Assembly (NCBI GenBank): GCA_963768655.1
Contig: CAVYIM010000002.1
Location: forward strand, 1-58,682
DNA length: 58,682 nt
Reading direction: 5' to 3'
Origin: an uncultured Chloroflexia bacterium
GTDB taxonomy: Bacteria > Chloroflexota > Limnocylindria > Limnocylindrales > CSP1-4
Shown: piece after piece, positions 50,359 through 58,682 of the stretch
Layout: each line of letters starts with the position of its first letter
How positions within the stretch are numbered: position 1 is the stretch's first letter
Translations under genes and position numbers: made by a program
Notes under the pieces: model-generated
What the model saw: only the letters and a program-made list of their open reading frames with translations
What the model was told of the DNA's origin: nothing
Database searches by the model: none

Positions 50359-52938
50359 CTACTCGTGCTGGAGGGCCCGCACGATCGACTGGCGACTGGC
50401 CACTCCCGCCGGGTAGATCGAGGCGGCGACGCTGACGAGGACGCCGAAGCAGGACGGCCAGCCCGATCGAAACCCAGGGCGGATCGAACGCCAGCCCGAA
50501 TCCTCCGCTCGACCAGGCGACCAGAAGCCCACCGACAAGCAGGCCGACGGCCGCGCCGATCAGCGACCCGGCAAAGCCCAGGATCCCGGCCTCGATCACG
50601 ACCATGCCCCAGACCTGCCGGCTCGACATGCCCGTCGCCCGGAGCACGCCGATCTCGCGGACTCGCTCGAGAACGCTCATCGAGAGAGTGTTTACCATGC
50701 CCAGTCCGGCCACGAGGACCGCGATCAGCGCCAGCGCGTCGAGCAGCCGGAAGACCCGGTCGAGGGCGTCGCCGACCGTGCCCTGGACGCCTCCGAGGTC
50801 CGCCGACTGCAGCGCGTACTGCGACGCTGTCGCGTCGACCGCGGCGCGAGCGCTCGACTTCCTGGCCGGGCTCGTAGCGAACGGCGAACAGGTCCGCGCC
50901 GGACGACTCCGAACGGTCCCAGGGCGTCGGACCAGCCCATGAGAATCGCCTCCTGCGAGTCGCCCGGGATCGAATGGGCCACGATCCCGACGACCACCAG
51001 CCGGGTGGGCGTTTCGCCCGTCGCGAAGCTGAGCGTGTCGCCGAGCCGGATGTCCGACTCTTCGGCCAGCGACTGCGGCACGATGACCGCACCGCCCGCA
51101 TCGAGCGCCGCGAAAGCCGTGGCCGGGTCGCCGCCGCCCTGGACGAAGACCAGGCGTCCGTCCGCGGCGAAGTCCTTGCCGGAGATGGCGGCCGCCTCCT
51201 GGCGCACGCCTCCGAAAGGCACCCCGAAGAGACCGATCGGCGAGACGGACTTCACGCCCGGGACCGCGGCTATGTCGCCGATGGAAGAGTCGGTCGGCGA
51301 GATCGGGTGGATCGAGGTCAGCAGCTCGCTGCCGGGGATCGTCTCAGCCAGCCAGGACACGCCGATCTGGCGGACGTTCTGGGCGGCCGTGCCCAGCGCT
51401 ACGACCATCGCCAGGCCCATGACCAGCGCCCCGGCCGTAAGTGTCGTGCGGCTCCTGTCTCGGGCCAGCGAGCTGCGGGCCAGCCGTTCCTCGTTGCGGA
51501 AGATCCGGAAGGGAACGCCCGCCAGTCGCAGCAGCGGGCCCAGAACACGGGGCATGACCAGGACGGCCACGAGCATCAGGCCGTACACGACCAGCGGTCC
51601 CAGCATTCCGAAGTCGAACGTCGGGCCGCCCGCTCCGGGCGTCATGGCAGTCCCGGCCGACGAGCTGCTCGGCCAGATGGCCAGCGCCGCGACGGCCAGC
51701 ACGCCGAAGACAAGGGCCAGCCAGCGCAGCCGAGCGCCACCCGCGACCGCGCCCCTCGGCCCGCGCCTCAGCGCTTCGACCGGCGGGATGCGTCCCGCCC
51801 GCCAGGCCGGCTCCAGCGAAGCGGCGAGCGTGATCAGGACGCCGATGACCAGGGCCAGCACGATCGACCCGAGCGAGATGTCGGGCGTGGAAAGAGTGAT
51901 GGGGCCGGTGGCGTTCACCCACGAAAGCGTGAGCGAGGCCAGGCCGATGCCGGCCATCACTCCGACGATGGACCCGATCGCTCCCAGGGCGAACGCCTGC
52001 AGCAAGACGAGGCCCATGACCTGCGATCTGGTCGTCCCGGCCGCACGCAGCAACCCCACGTCGCGCGATCGTTCGGTCACCGTCATCGAGAGCGTGTTGA
52101 AGATCAGGAACGCACCCGCGAAGAGGACGACCGCCGCGACGAGCAGAAGCGTCCCACTGAAGTCGGCCGTCTCGTCGCGGAGCGAGTCCGCAGTGTCGGA
52201 GGTCTTCGCCAGCAGATACGGCTCCGTCGTGATCGTGTTCTCGAGATTGCCGATCAGGTCGTTGGCGGTCACGCCGGGCTGCGTGCCCAGATCCACCCGC
52301 GTCACGCCGGTCATGTCGAAGAGAGTCTGGGCCGAGGCGAGCGGCACGATCACCAGTCGGCCCGCGGCGTCGGGCACCGAGCCATCGCCCGAGACGATGC
52401 CGACGATCGAGAAAGTAGTGGGACCCGCGCTCGCGGCGCCGTCGAGGGTGACCGAGTCGCCGATTCGGAGCCGCTCCTGGCTCGCCAGCGTCTCGGTGAT
52501 GACCGCGCTCCCGGAGTCGCCCGCGTTCAGCAGCCGCCCGCCAGAGAGTCGCAGGTCGTGCAGCATCGGCTCCGCAATGGCATCTATCCCTAGCACGGTC
52601 ACGGGCGCCGGCAGCTCCGTCGAGGGCGACTGGGACAGGCTGGGGGCCAGGTACGTCTTGCGCTCCAGGGCCGGAGCCGCGACCTCGACTCCGGCCGTCT
52701 TCGTGATCGCCGCCACGGTCGCCGGGCTGAGGCCGCGCTCCTCCAGAGCCTCCACTCGCACTGCCGAGTGCCCCATCTCGTCGGCGGCGGCGCGGGCAAT
52801 GGCGGCGTCCATCGTGGCGCTGGCGGAGAGCGACGCGAAGAGCACCGCTACGCCCAGCCCCACGCCCGTCATCGTGAGCACGCTCCGAAGCAGCCGCGCC
52901 CGCAGGCTCCGCCAGGCGAGCGACGAGAGGTGCCGCAT
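50359..52938 (-). pseudogene. FtsX/MacB-type ABC permease with three +1 frameshifts near the 3' end (probably sequencing errors)
   Basis: RSVLTMTGVGLGVA, NTLSMTVTERSRDVGLLRAAG. After shifts at about 50901, 50857 and 50449 the frame continues GADLFAVRY, SARAAVDATASQY...NTLSMSVLERVREIGVLRATG and FGVLVSVAASIYPA...ALQHE*. Confidence 0.8.
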
Positions 52939-52941
52939 GGG

Positions 52942-53772
52942 TTAGAGACCCAGCTGGGCGAGACGCGCGATCAGGGGACCCGCGTCGCTGTCCTTGCGAC
53001 GGCCGAGCTGGATCTCGTCGCGGATCTTGCCGTCGCCCAGTACGAGCACGCGGTCGGCGTGGGCCGCCGCTCGTGCATCGTGCGTAACCAGGACGATCGT
53101 CTGGCCGCGCTCGTCGCAGGACCGCCACAGCTCGTCGAGGATCTCGCCGCCGGTGGCGTAGTCCAGGTTGCCGGTAGGCTCGTCGGCGAGGAGGAGGGCC
53201 GGACTTCCGACCAGGGCCCGGGCCAGCGCCACTCGTTGCTGCTCTCCGGCGGAGAGCTGGTCGGGACGGTTACGCTCGCAGCCCACCAGGTTTACCATCT
53301 CGAGGACGTCCTTGATCCGAGCCGCCGCCTCGCCGTGGCGCGGATCCACGCCCGCGATCGTGAACGGCAGGGCCACGTTCTCGTAGACGTCCAGCAGCGG
53401 GATCAGGTTGAAGAACTGGAAGACGAAGCCGGTCTTCTCACGCCGCAGGCGCGTCGCTTCCCTGTCGCTCAGCTGGCTGACGATCTCGCCGTCGAGGGCG
53501 ACGTCCCCGCTTGTCGGTCGGTCCAGCCCACCCAACAGCTGCAGGAGCGTGCTCTTGCCCGAGCCGGACGGGCCCATCACCGCAACGAACTCGCCGCGGC
53601 GAACCTTGAGGGAAATGCCGCGCAGAACCTGAACCTCGCGGCTCCCGATCCGGAACTCCCTGGTCAGGTCGCGGGCCTCGAGGATCGTGCCGTCGCGCGC
53701 GGGTCGAGCCGGGGCGGCCCAGGATGACCGGACCTCGGACAGCGACGAGACGGACGGCGTAGTCGGCACCAC
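52942..53772 (-). CDS. ABC transporter ATP-binding protein (LolD/MacB-type)
   Basis: [42 protein letters not shown]. Confidence 0.95.
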   Translation of the reverse strand: MVPTTPSVSSLSEVRSSWAAPARPARDGTILEARDLTREFRIGSREVQVLRGISLKVRRGEFVAVMGPSGSGKSTLLQLLGGLDRPTSGDVALDGEIVSQLSDREATRLRREKTGFVFQFFNLIPLLDVYENVALPFTIAGVDPRHGEAAARIKDVLEMVNLVGCERNRPDQLSAGEQQRVALARALVGSPALLLADEPTGNLDYATGGEILDELWRSCDERGQTIVLVTHDARAAAHADRVLVLGDGKIRDEIQLGRRKDSDAGPLIARLAQLGL

Positions 53773-53850
53773 GGAGGTGTTATCGGTCGGGCCGACAACG
53801 AGGCATAGCCCGGCGGCACGCAACCGGGCGTGCCGCGGGTCGCGGCGGTG

Positions 53851-54756
53851 TTAGCCGAGCAGCCCGCCGAACAGCAACTTGAACAGCGAGTCGAGAGGAC
53901 CCTGCGTCGGCGTCTTCTCCCGGACCCGGAGGCTCATCGAGACACCAGCGGCGTTCGCCAGATCGGTAGAGGCGGGCCCGGTGGTCGGCGAGCCGGCCGC
54001 GGCGGGCGTAGCGCTCGACTCGGGCGTGGCAGCAGTGGCGGCCACGGTAGGCTGGGCGGTCGGTTGCGCGGTCGGTTGGGCGGTCGGCGCGAGCGTGGCG
54101 GCAGTCGCGGAAGCCGTCGGTACAGGAGACGGAGTCAGCGTTACGGTCTGCTTCCCGGTCGGCCGAGGAGTCGACTTCGAAGTCGGCTTGGGAACCGGCT
54201 TCGCCTTGGGCCCGCATGGGATCGAGAAGAGGACGACGTACAGCTTCCGGCCGTCGGCGGCCTTGTAGGCGCCAACGCCCAGGTTCTGCCACTTTCCGAG
54301 TATGTTGTCCCGGTGGTCGGGGGAGCTCATGAACGCGGCTTCGATCCGGGTCGTCGCGGTGCTGTCGGAGTAGGTGCTCAGGCCGATGTTCTCGCCGGCG
54401 ACTTTGAAGCAGTAGCCATCCGCCTGCATGTCGTCGAAGACCATCGTGTTACCGGGCGGGATCCGATGCGAGAAGTAGTCCCGATCGCCCATGTCCTTGG
54501 CCCGCCACTCGGCCTCTTTGTGCAGGTACGAGTCGTTGGTGAGAGCGTTCAGGCCCGCGGAGGCACGGTCCTGGTTGGTGAGCGTGAAGAGGAGTTGCTC
54601 ATCGGCTGGGCTGAAGGCCGACTTGGACCACGCAAAGGCGGGCGCGGCCGTGGCGAAGAGGGTCAGCAGGGAGACAACAAGGGCCAGCCCGGCGACGCGG
54701 AGCTTGCGCGTCGAGGCGGCGACGAAGAACGGTCTGGTCGTTTCGAGGCCTGGCAT
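53851..54756 (-). CDS. Secreted CAP/SCP domain protein with Pro/Thr/Ala tail
   Basis: Signal peptide; TNQDRASAGL, DYFSH, AGENIG, FMSSPDHRDNIL, LGVG. Confidence 0.88.
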   Translation of the reverse strand: MPGLETTRPFFVAASTRKLRVAGLALVVSLLTLFATAAPAFAWSKSAFSPADEQLLFTLTNQDRASAGLNALTNDSYLHKEAEWRAKDMGDRDYFSHRIPPGNTMVFDDMQADGYCFKVAGENIGLSTYSDSTATTRIEAAFMSSPDHRDNILGKWQNLGVGAYKAADGRKLYVVLFSIPCGPKAKPVPKPTSKSTPRPTGKQTVTLTPSPVPTASATAATLAPTAQPTAQPTAQPTVAATAATPESSATPAAAGSPTTGPASTDLANAAGVSMSLRVREKTPTQGPLDSLFKLLFGGLLG

Positions 54757-55066
54757 GAGTTTCCCAGCTGCCTTGTTGTCGTGACAACCGTAGAGCGGGC
54801 CGGCCTGGCAGTCTCCCTTCCTCTCGTCCGGTCGATCGTCGTCAGGTGGTACCACGAGCGGATGCGATTGATTACGGGGGCCGCAGCGCGGAGCGACGGC
54901 GCCGCGCCCGCCCTCGTTGACGGCAGTCAACGAGCCTGCGCCTCGAGCGAGCGCGCGGTCTGGCTCACGTCGGGCTCACGCCAGCGGCCGCACCGGCTAT
55001 ACTCCCGGTCGCCCCATCGCAGTGGCCCGGGCGGCGCAGCCGCCGAGCACGCCGGGGCACGCGAAC

Positions 55067-55143
55067 GGTGGCCTTAGCTCAACCGGCAGAGCAGCGGACT
55101 GTGGATCCGCAGGTTACGGGTTCGACCCCCGTAGGCCACCCCA
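55067..55143 (+). tRNA. tRNA-His (GUG) with encoded G-1 and CCA
   Basis: Acceptor GTGGCCT/AGGCCAC, D arm GCTC/GAGC, anticodon arm GCGGA-CTGTGGA-TCCGC, T arm ACGGG-TTCGACC-CCCGT, C73 discriminator. TATACT at 54998-55003. Confidence 0.97.
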
Positions 55144-55199
55144 ACTCCCCTCGTGACGGACTGTCATGCGCAGCCATGAGCAGTCATGCTCGGTCACTG

Positions 55200-55247
55200 A
55201 ATCGCTCCAAATCGCTCCACCAAATCGCTCCACTTTCTGGAGCGATT
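55200..55247. repeat. AATCGCTCCA x3 direct + 1 inverted (integrase arm-site-like)
   Basis: Copies at 55200, 55210 and 55223; inverted TGGAGCGATT at 55238-55247. Confidence 0.8.
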
Positions 55248-55873
55248 GCGACAACCGTCCCGGTCGAGTTTCGCTGGAGCCTTGGATTGGTCGGGGCGAG
55301 AGGAGTGGCGCCGCGGGTAACCCGTTCATCGGGGATCTGGATCCCGCGTCTCTACCGCGGCCGTGTCCTCGTGATCGTGGGCGGCGCCAGGCCGCTGCGC
55401 TGGGTGCGCTCTGCATGACGCGCGTTAGCTCTCGTCCGAGGTTCATCGGATGCGCTGGGTGTCTTCGGGGAGAAAGGAGTGGAGGCCACAATTTCCAACT
55501 GACAGATGAGAACGTGTCGGCTGCCGTGCCGATGGTCGGGGTGGCGCAGTCGACCGCCCGAGAGAAGTCGAGCCGACGCTAGACGACCGGAGGTGCTACA
55601 CGGCTTCGACGGGTGCGGGGCTCGTGCGCGTTCGTAAGGACTGGGCCGACCTGTCTCTGGGCTGGCCGCCGAAGCTCAGGCGCTCAGATGGTGACGAAGT
55701 GGCAGACGCGGCGAGTGGTCTCTCGTTCGAGGAACTCCATTTGTCGTCTTCGGTCGGATTCCCGACATCTGCTCCTCTACAATGGCCCTGAGATCCGATG
55801 CGCGCTAACTTGCGACTGGTGGCCGTCTGCAAACGCCCAGGTCCGACATCGAGATCGGGGAGGTCGGGGGCGA

Positions 55874-56668
55874 ATGAGTATCCTCAACAAGATCGTGTTC
55901 GCGCCGATCGTGCTGGCAGTTTCCGGGTGTGGGTATCTGGGCATAACCCCAGGAACTGGTGGATCCGGGTCTGGCTGGGCGCTCCCATGGGACACATCTG
56001 CTAGCCCGTCGCACGAGATCATCTGCGCCTACAACAGCGAAGAAATCACATCCGCCGGGACCGCCGGTCCGACGTCGGGGTGCGCCCACCACAAGAATGG
56101 CCCAAGCGGCTACACGCAGGACGGTGACGCGCTCGACTTCGACCTGCACACTGGAGATGCCGTGTTATCAGTCGATGGCGGGATCGTACGTTGGGCCGGC
56201 GCCTACTCGAGTTCGAGCAGCTGGTCCTGCTATGGCAACTCGATCTCGATCGACACCATGCTGCCCGACGGCTCGATTGCGACTGCGCTCTATGCCCACC
56301 TCGACTCAATCGACGTGTCGGCAGGCCAACAGGTTTCCCAGGGACAGAAGATCGCAACCTCCGGTTCGTCTGGGGGAGGCACGAACGGCGCAGCCCGAGC
56401 GCCTATGGGCCCCATCTGCATTTCGCGCTCTATACGAATGCGAACTACACCGCGGTGAACGGCTCGTCCATTCCCGCGCTCGCTCTGTGGGCAACCGGAT
56501 CGGGAGTGGCTCAATTGGTGAGTTCGCCGCCCTACGGCGGCTCTGCCCGGCTGCCGGAGCCGTGGATCAACTGCGCGCGATCGTCGACCCTTTCGACCCC
56601 GCCGGCCGGCGAAGACGCTTCATGCACGAAATCTTCACGCCGGCGACGTTTTGTCTCGTGCCGGTTAG
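55874..56668 (+). pseudogene. M23 family metallopeptidase lipoprotein, split by apparent frameshifts
   Basis: Lipobox VSGC; DALDFD, YGNSISI, YAHL, GQQVSQGQKIATSGSSG; GPHLHF lies in another frame after about 56390; a second shift near 56630 gives ...LHAGDVLSRAG*. Confidence 0.7.
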
Positions 56669-56737
56669 TTGAACGAACTTCGATCTCCGTTCGGCATCAG
56701 CCGTAAGTCGAAGCTCGCAGGGTAGGCGAACAGGAGG

Positions 56738-57196
56738 ATGCGCCATATGAACCTTCTTCGTTCCGTGCGCCGTCGAGGTGGATTCGCCGCCCGAACCGGA
56801 AGCCTGGTCGTCTGCGGCGCGGTGGTCGCGGTGAGCCTCGTCGGATGCAATCCGTCTGGCGGCGGCGGTAGCGTCTCTATCCTTCCGTCGGTCTTCACAT
56901 GCACCGGCGAGGCCCATAGCGTCACAATCACGCTCCCGGGCTCACTGCAATCCACAGACATGATCACGATCAAAGAGGGTCAGGTTGCCAACGCCGGAGT
57001 CTTCGACACGAAGTCGATCTCAGACTGGGGATTCGTCCAGAGCGGTAATTCATGGGTCCTTGCCGACGCCGGTAACCTCACTCCTATATCGTTCTACACC
57101 TACATCTGTGCCTTCGCGATCCCGGGCAACTACACGATGTATGTCCTGGATGCCAACGGCAAGGTGCTCGCGCAGGGCAACTACTCGCAACAGTGA
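56738..57196 (+). CDS. Putative lipoprotein (beta-rich)
   Basis: AGGAGG SD; basic N-region, hydrophobic stretch, LVGC lipobox; PGNYTMYVLD. Confidence 0.7.
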   Translation: MRHMNLLRSVRRRGGFAARTGSLVVCGAVVAVSLVGCNPSGGGGSVSILPSVFTCTGEAHSVTITLPGSLQSTDMITIKEGQVANAGVFDTKSISDWGFVQSGNSWVLADAGNLTPISFYTYICAFAIPGNYTMYVLDANGKVLAQGNYSQQ

Positions 57197-57313
57197 ACCA
57201 GTCAAGAAGGGCCCCGCGATGGCGAGATTGATCGCCTCTCGGGGTAGATACACAAAGCGTCGGTCTTGAAACCGCCGCTTTGTGTATTCCGAGCCAGACG
57301 GAGTGACAGGGCG

Positions 57314-57637
57314 TCAGGGATTGCTTTGAGAGTAGGCCCCGATGCAGGCCGCGACGTAGTTCGGATCGCTTTCAGACGCGCTGGTGTAGATCTCGCCGTT
57401 GGTCCGGGCGTAGTAGTTCACCGTTCCCGGATTGTTCGAACACCATTGCCTCTGTGAGTCAGAAAGCTGAGAAACGGGGAACTGAGGGCTCGGAGGCGTG
57501 GGCGTGGAATGACCAAGCGCGCCGACGACCATCAGCCCGACCACCAACGCGATGATGACAATGACCACCACGGGTCTGGGCCGCTTGAAGAACGGCCTCT
57601 TCTCACCGAGAAACCACGGGTCCGATTTGCCGATCAA
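57314..57637 (-). CDS. Hypothetical single-TM protein with a small Cys-pair domain
   Basis: TM VVVIVIIALVVGLMVVGAL; WC...YVAAC. Confidence 0.55.
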   Translation of the reverse strand: MIGKSDPWFLGEKRPFFKRPRPVVVIVIIALVVGLMVVGALGHSTPTPPSPQFPVSQLSDSQRQWCSNNPGTVNYYARTNGEIYTSASESDPNYVAACIGAYSQSNP

Positions 57638-57651
57638 CGTGGCGGCTCTAC

Positions 57652-58014
57652 TCAGACGTGCTGGACTCGAACGTTGCCCCAGTCATCGACCTGAACGATG
57701 TGGCGCTTGACGCCGCCCGTCAGAGCGAGGATCAACCAGATAATCCCCCAGATGCCGCATGTGAAGATCGTGATGATGCAATGGAGGACGTGGTTGACGG
57801 CCTGGCCGGTGAGGAGCACCGCCTGGAAGTCACTCTGGCTCTCGACACGGGCACCCTGGGTTGCGACAGCCGTGGCGATGTGCTGCGCAAGGGCGGCCTT
57901 CCTGGCCTCATCGCTAACTCGCGGTGGGACTGCGCCGCCGCCGGGATAGGGCTCCTGGGCGCCACCCGCGGTTGGCGGCGCCGGCGGTGTGAACTGCGGA
58001 CCGGTCACGCTCAT
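57652..58014 (-). CDS. Hypothetical membrane protein
   Basis: GGGAGG SD; RVESQSDFQAV, VNHVLHCIITIFTCGIWGIIWLIL, VQVDDWGNV. Confidence 0.7.
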   Translation of the reverse strand: MSVTGPQFTPPAPPTAGGAQEPYPGGGAVPPRVSDEARKAALAQHIATAVATQGARVESQSDFQAVLLTGQAVNHVLHCIITIFTCGIWGIIWLILALTGGVKRHIVQVDDWGNVRVQHV

Positions 58015-58126
58015 ACCCTCCCAAAAGATCTATCGTAGGCGCTTGCGCCACCAGACGGTCGCTTGCGCGCCTGACTGGAGCGCACCGGTAGCATAGCCTC
58101 CGAGCAACACCGGAGAAAGACCGTCC

Positions 58127-58555
58127 GTGCAACTTGGGCCCACCATCGCCGCCGCGACAACGGCATCGGGTATGGCGAAGAACTGCGCAGAGCCAGCCGT
58201 ATCTCAAATCCGCGAGCCCGGGCTGCGGCTGGCGATAGGCGCAGCTTTCGCCGGCGGTGCCCCATTCCTGGGAGGCTACCTCTTGTCCCGGAACCGCCAC
58301 GCATCGAGGGTCGCGGTGGCAGCCAAATGTCCCTTGTTGACACTGACCGGCTACCCCTGCCCATCATGCGGCGGGACGCGGACCTTCTCGGCCCTTGCAA
58401 GGGGCGATCCTCGTTGGCGCGACTACAACGCGCCGCTTGTCTGGTATGCCCTTGGGCTCATCATTCTCGGGCTCGGTCTCTTTCCTTCTACCCAAAGGAA
58501 GAAGAGACGGAGTGGCCGGTGCATTGATCAAACGTGGCGCCACCCTGCGAGCTGA
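58127..58555 (+). CDS. DUF2752-like membrane protein (C-terminus possibly frameshifted)
   Basis: CPLLTLTGYPCPSCGGTRTFSALARGD...YNAP; a TM-like segment (TVAGCLIVALPPWLAAF) continues after the stop in another frame. Confidence 0.65.
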   Translation: MQLGPTIAAATTASGMAKNCAEPAVSQIREPGLRLAIGAAFAGGAPFLGGYLLSRNRHASRVAVAAKCPLLTLTGYPCPSCGGTRTFSALARGDPRWRDYNAPLVWYALGLIILGLGLFPSTQRKKRRSGRCIDQTWRHPAS

Positions 58556-58682
58556 ACCGCTGGTGACTGTCGCGGGTTGCCTGATCGTCGCCCTTCCCCC
58601 GTGGTTGGCAGCCTTCAGGCTGGCAGCTCGCGAGAGTGTGAGCTCGGGGGACTCTGACGGTTCGTCCCGAGACTGGATGCGG

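Larger units (their letters stand above)
55144..58682. mobile_element. Probable genomic island or integrated-element edge downstream of tRNA-His
   Basis: Visibly lower GC and different codon usage; att-like repeats; small secreted and membrane cargo genes. No integrase in the window. Confidence 0.5.

Noticed and set aside
49526-53772. BioY plus the adjacent ABC genes as an ECF biotin importer
   Set aside because: The ABC pair is LolD/FtsX-type, not EcfA/EcfT; BioY can be solitary or use a shared module.
55068-55418. ORF starting at 55068
   Set aside because: It overlaps tRNA-His and the att-like repeats and has no protein features.

Overview
High-GC bacterial chromosomal window. Gene content and style suggest Chloroflexota or a similar Terrabacteria lineage (inference only). 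It is mostly core/housekeeping: a partial K+-independent H+-PPase, lepB, ndk, an M16 peptidase, an NCS2 permease, a coaX-coaBC-panB-panC operon, gdhA, DegV, several MFS transporters, a REC-HD-GYP protein, an lhr-nei operon, LCP, DoxX, an AcuC deacetylase fused to a GNAT domain, MerR-MFS-MFS, an ECF sigma with an Asp-box anti-sigma candidate, a PD-(D/E)XK protein beside Ku, BioY, an ABC (LolD/FtsX-type) pair, a CAP protein and tRNA-His. A lower-GC island-like segment follows the tRNA. The most notable non-annotated structure is (i) two homologous non-coding tandem arrays (115-bp and 119-bp units, about 28 kb apart) whose stems show compensatory base changes and whose core resembles the ColE1 primosome-assembly site, and (ii) a rod-like ~183-nt candidate ncRNA upstream of coaX. 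Also seen are DosR/DevR-like boxes, many apparently leaderless genes, and att-like repeats after tRNA-His. Clustered single-base frameshifts beyond ~50.4 kb look like sequencing errors. All calls are from reading the sequence; no searches were run.
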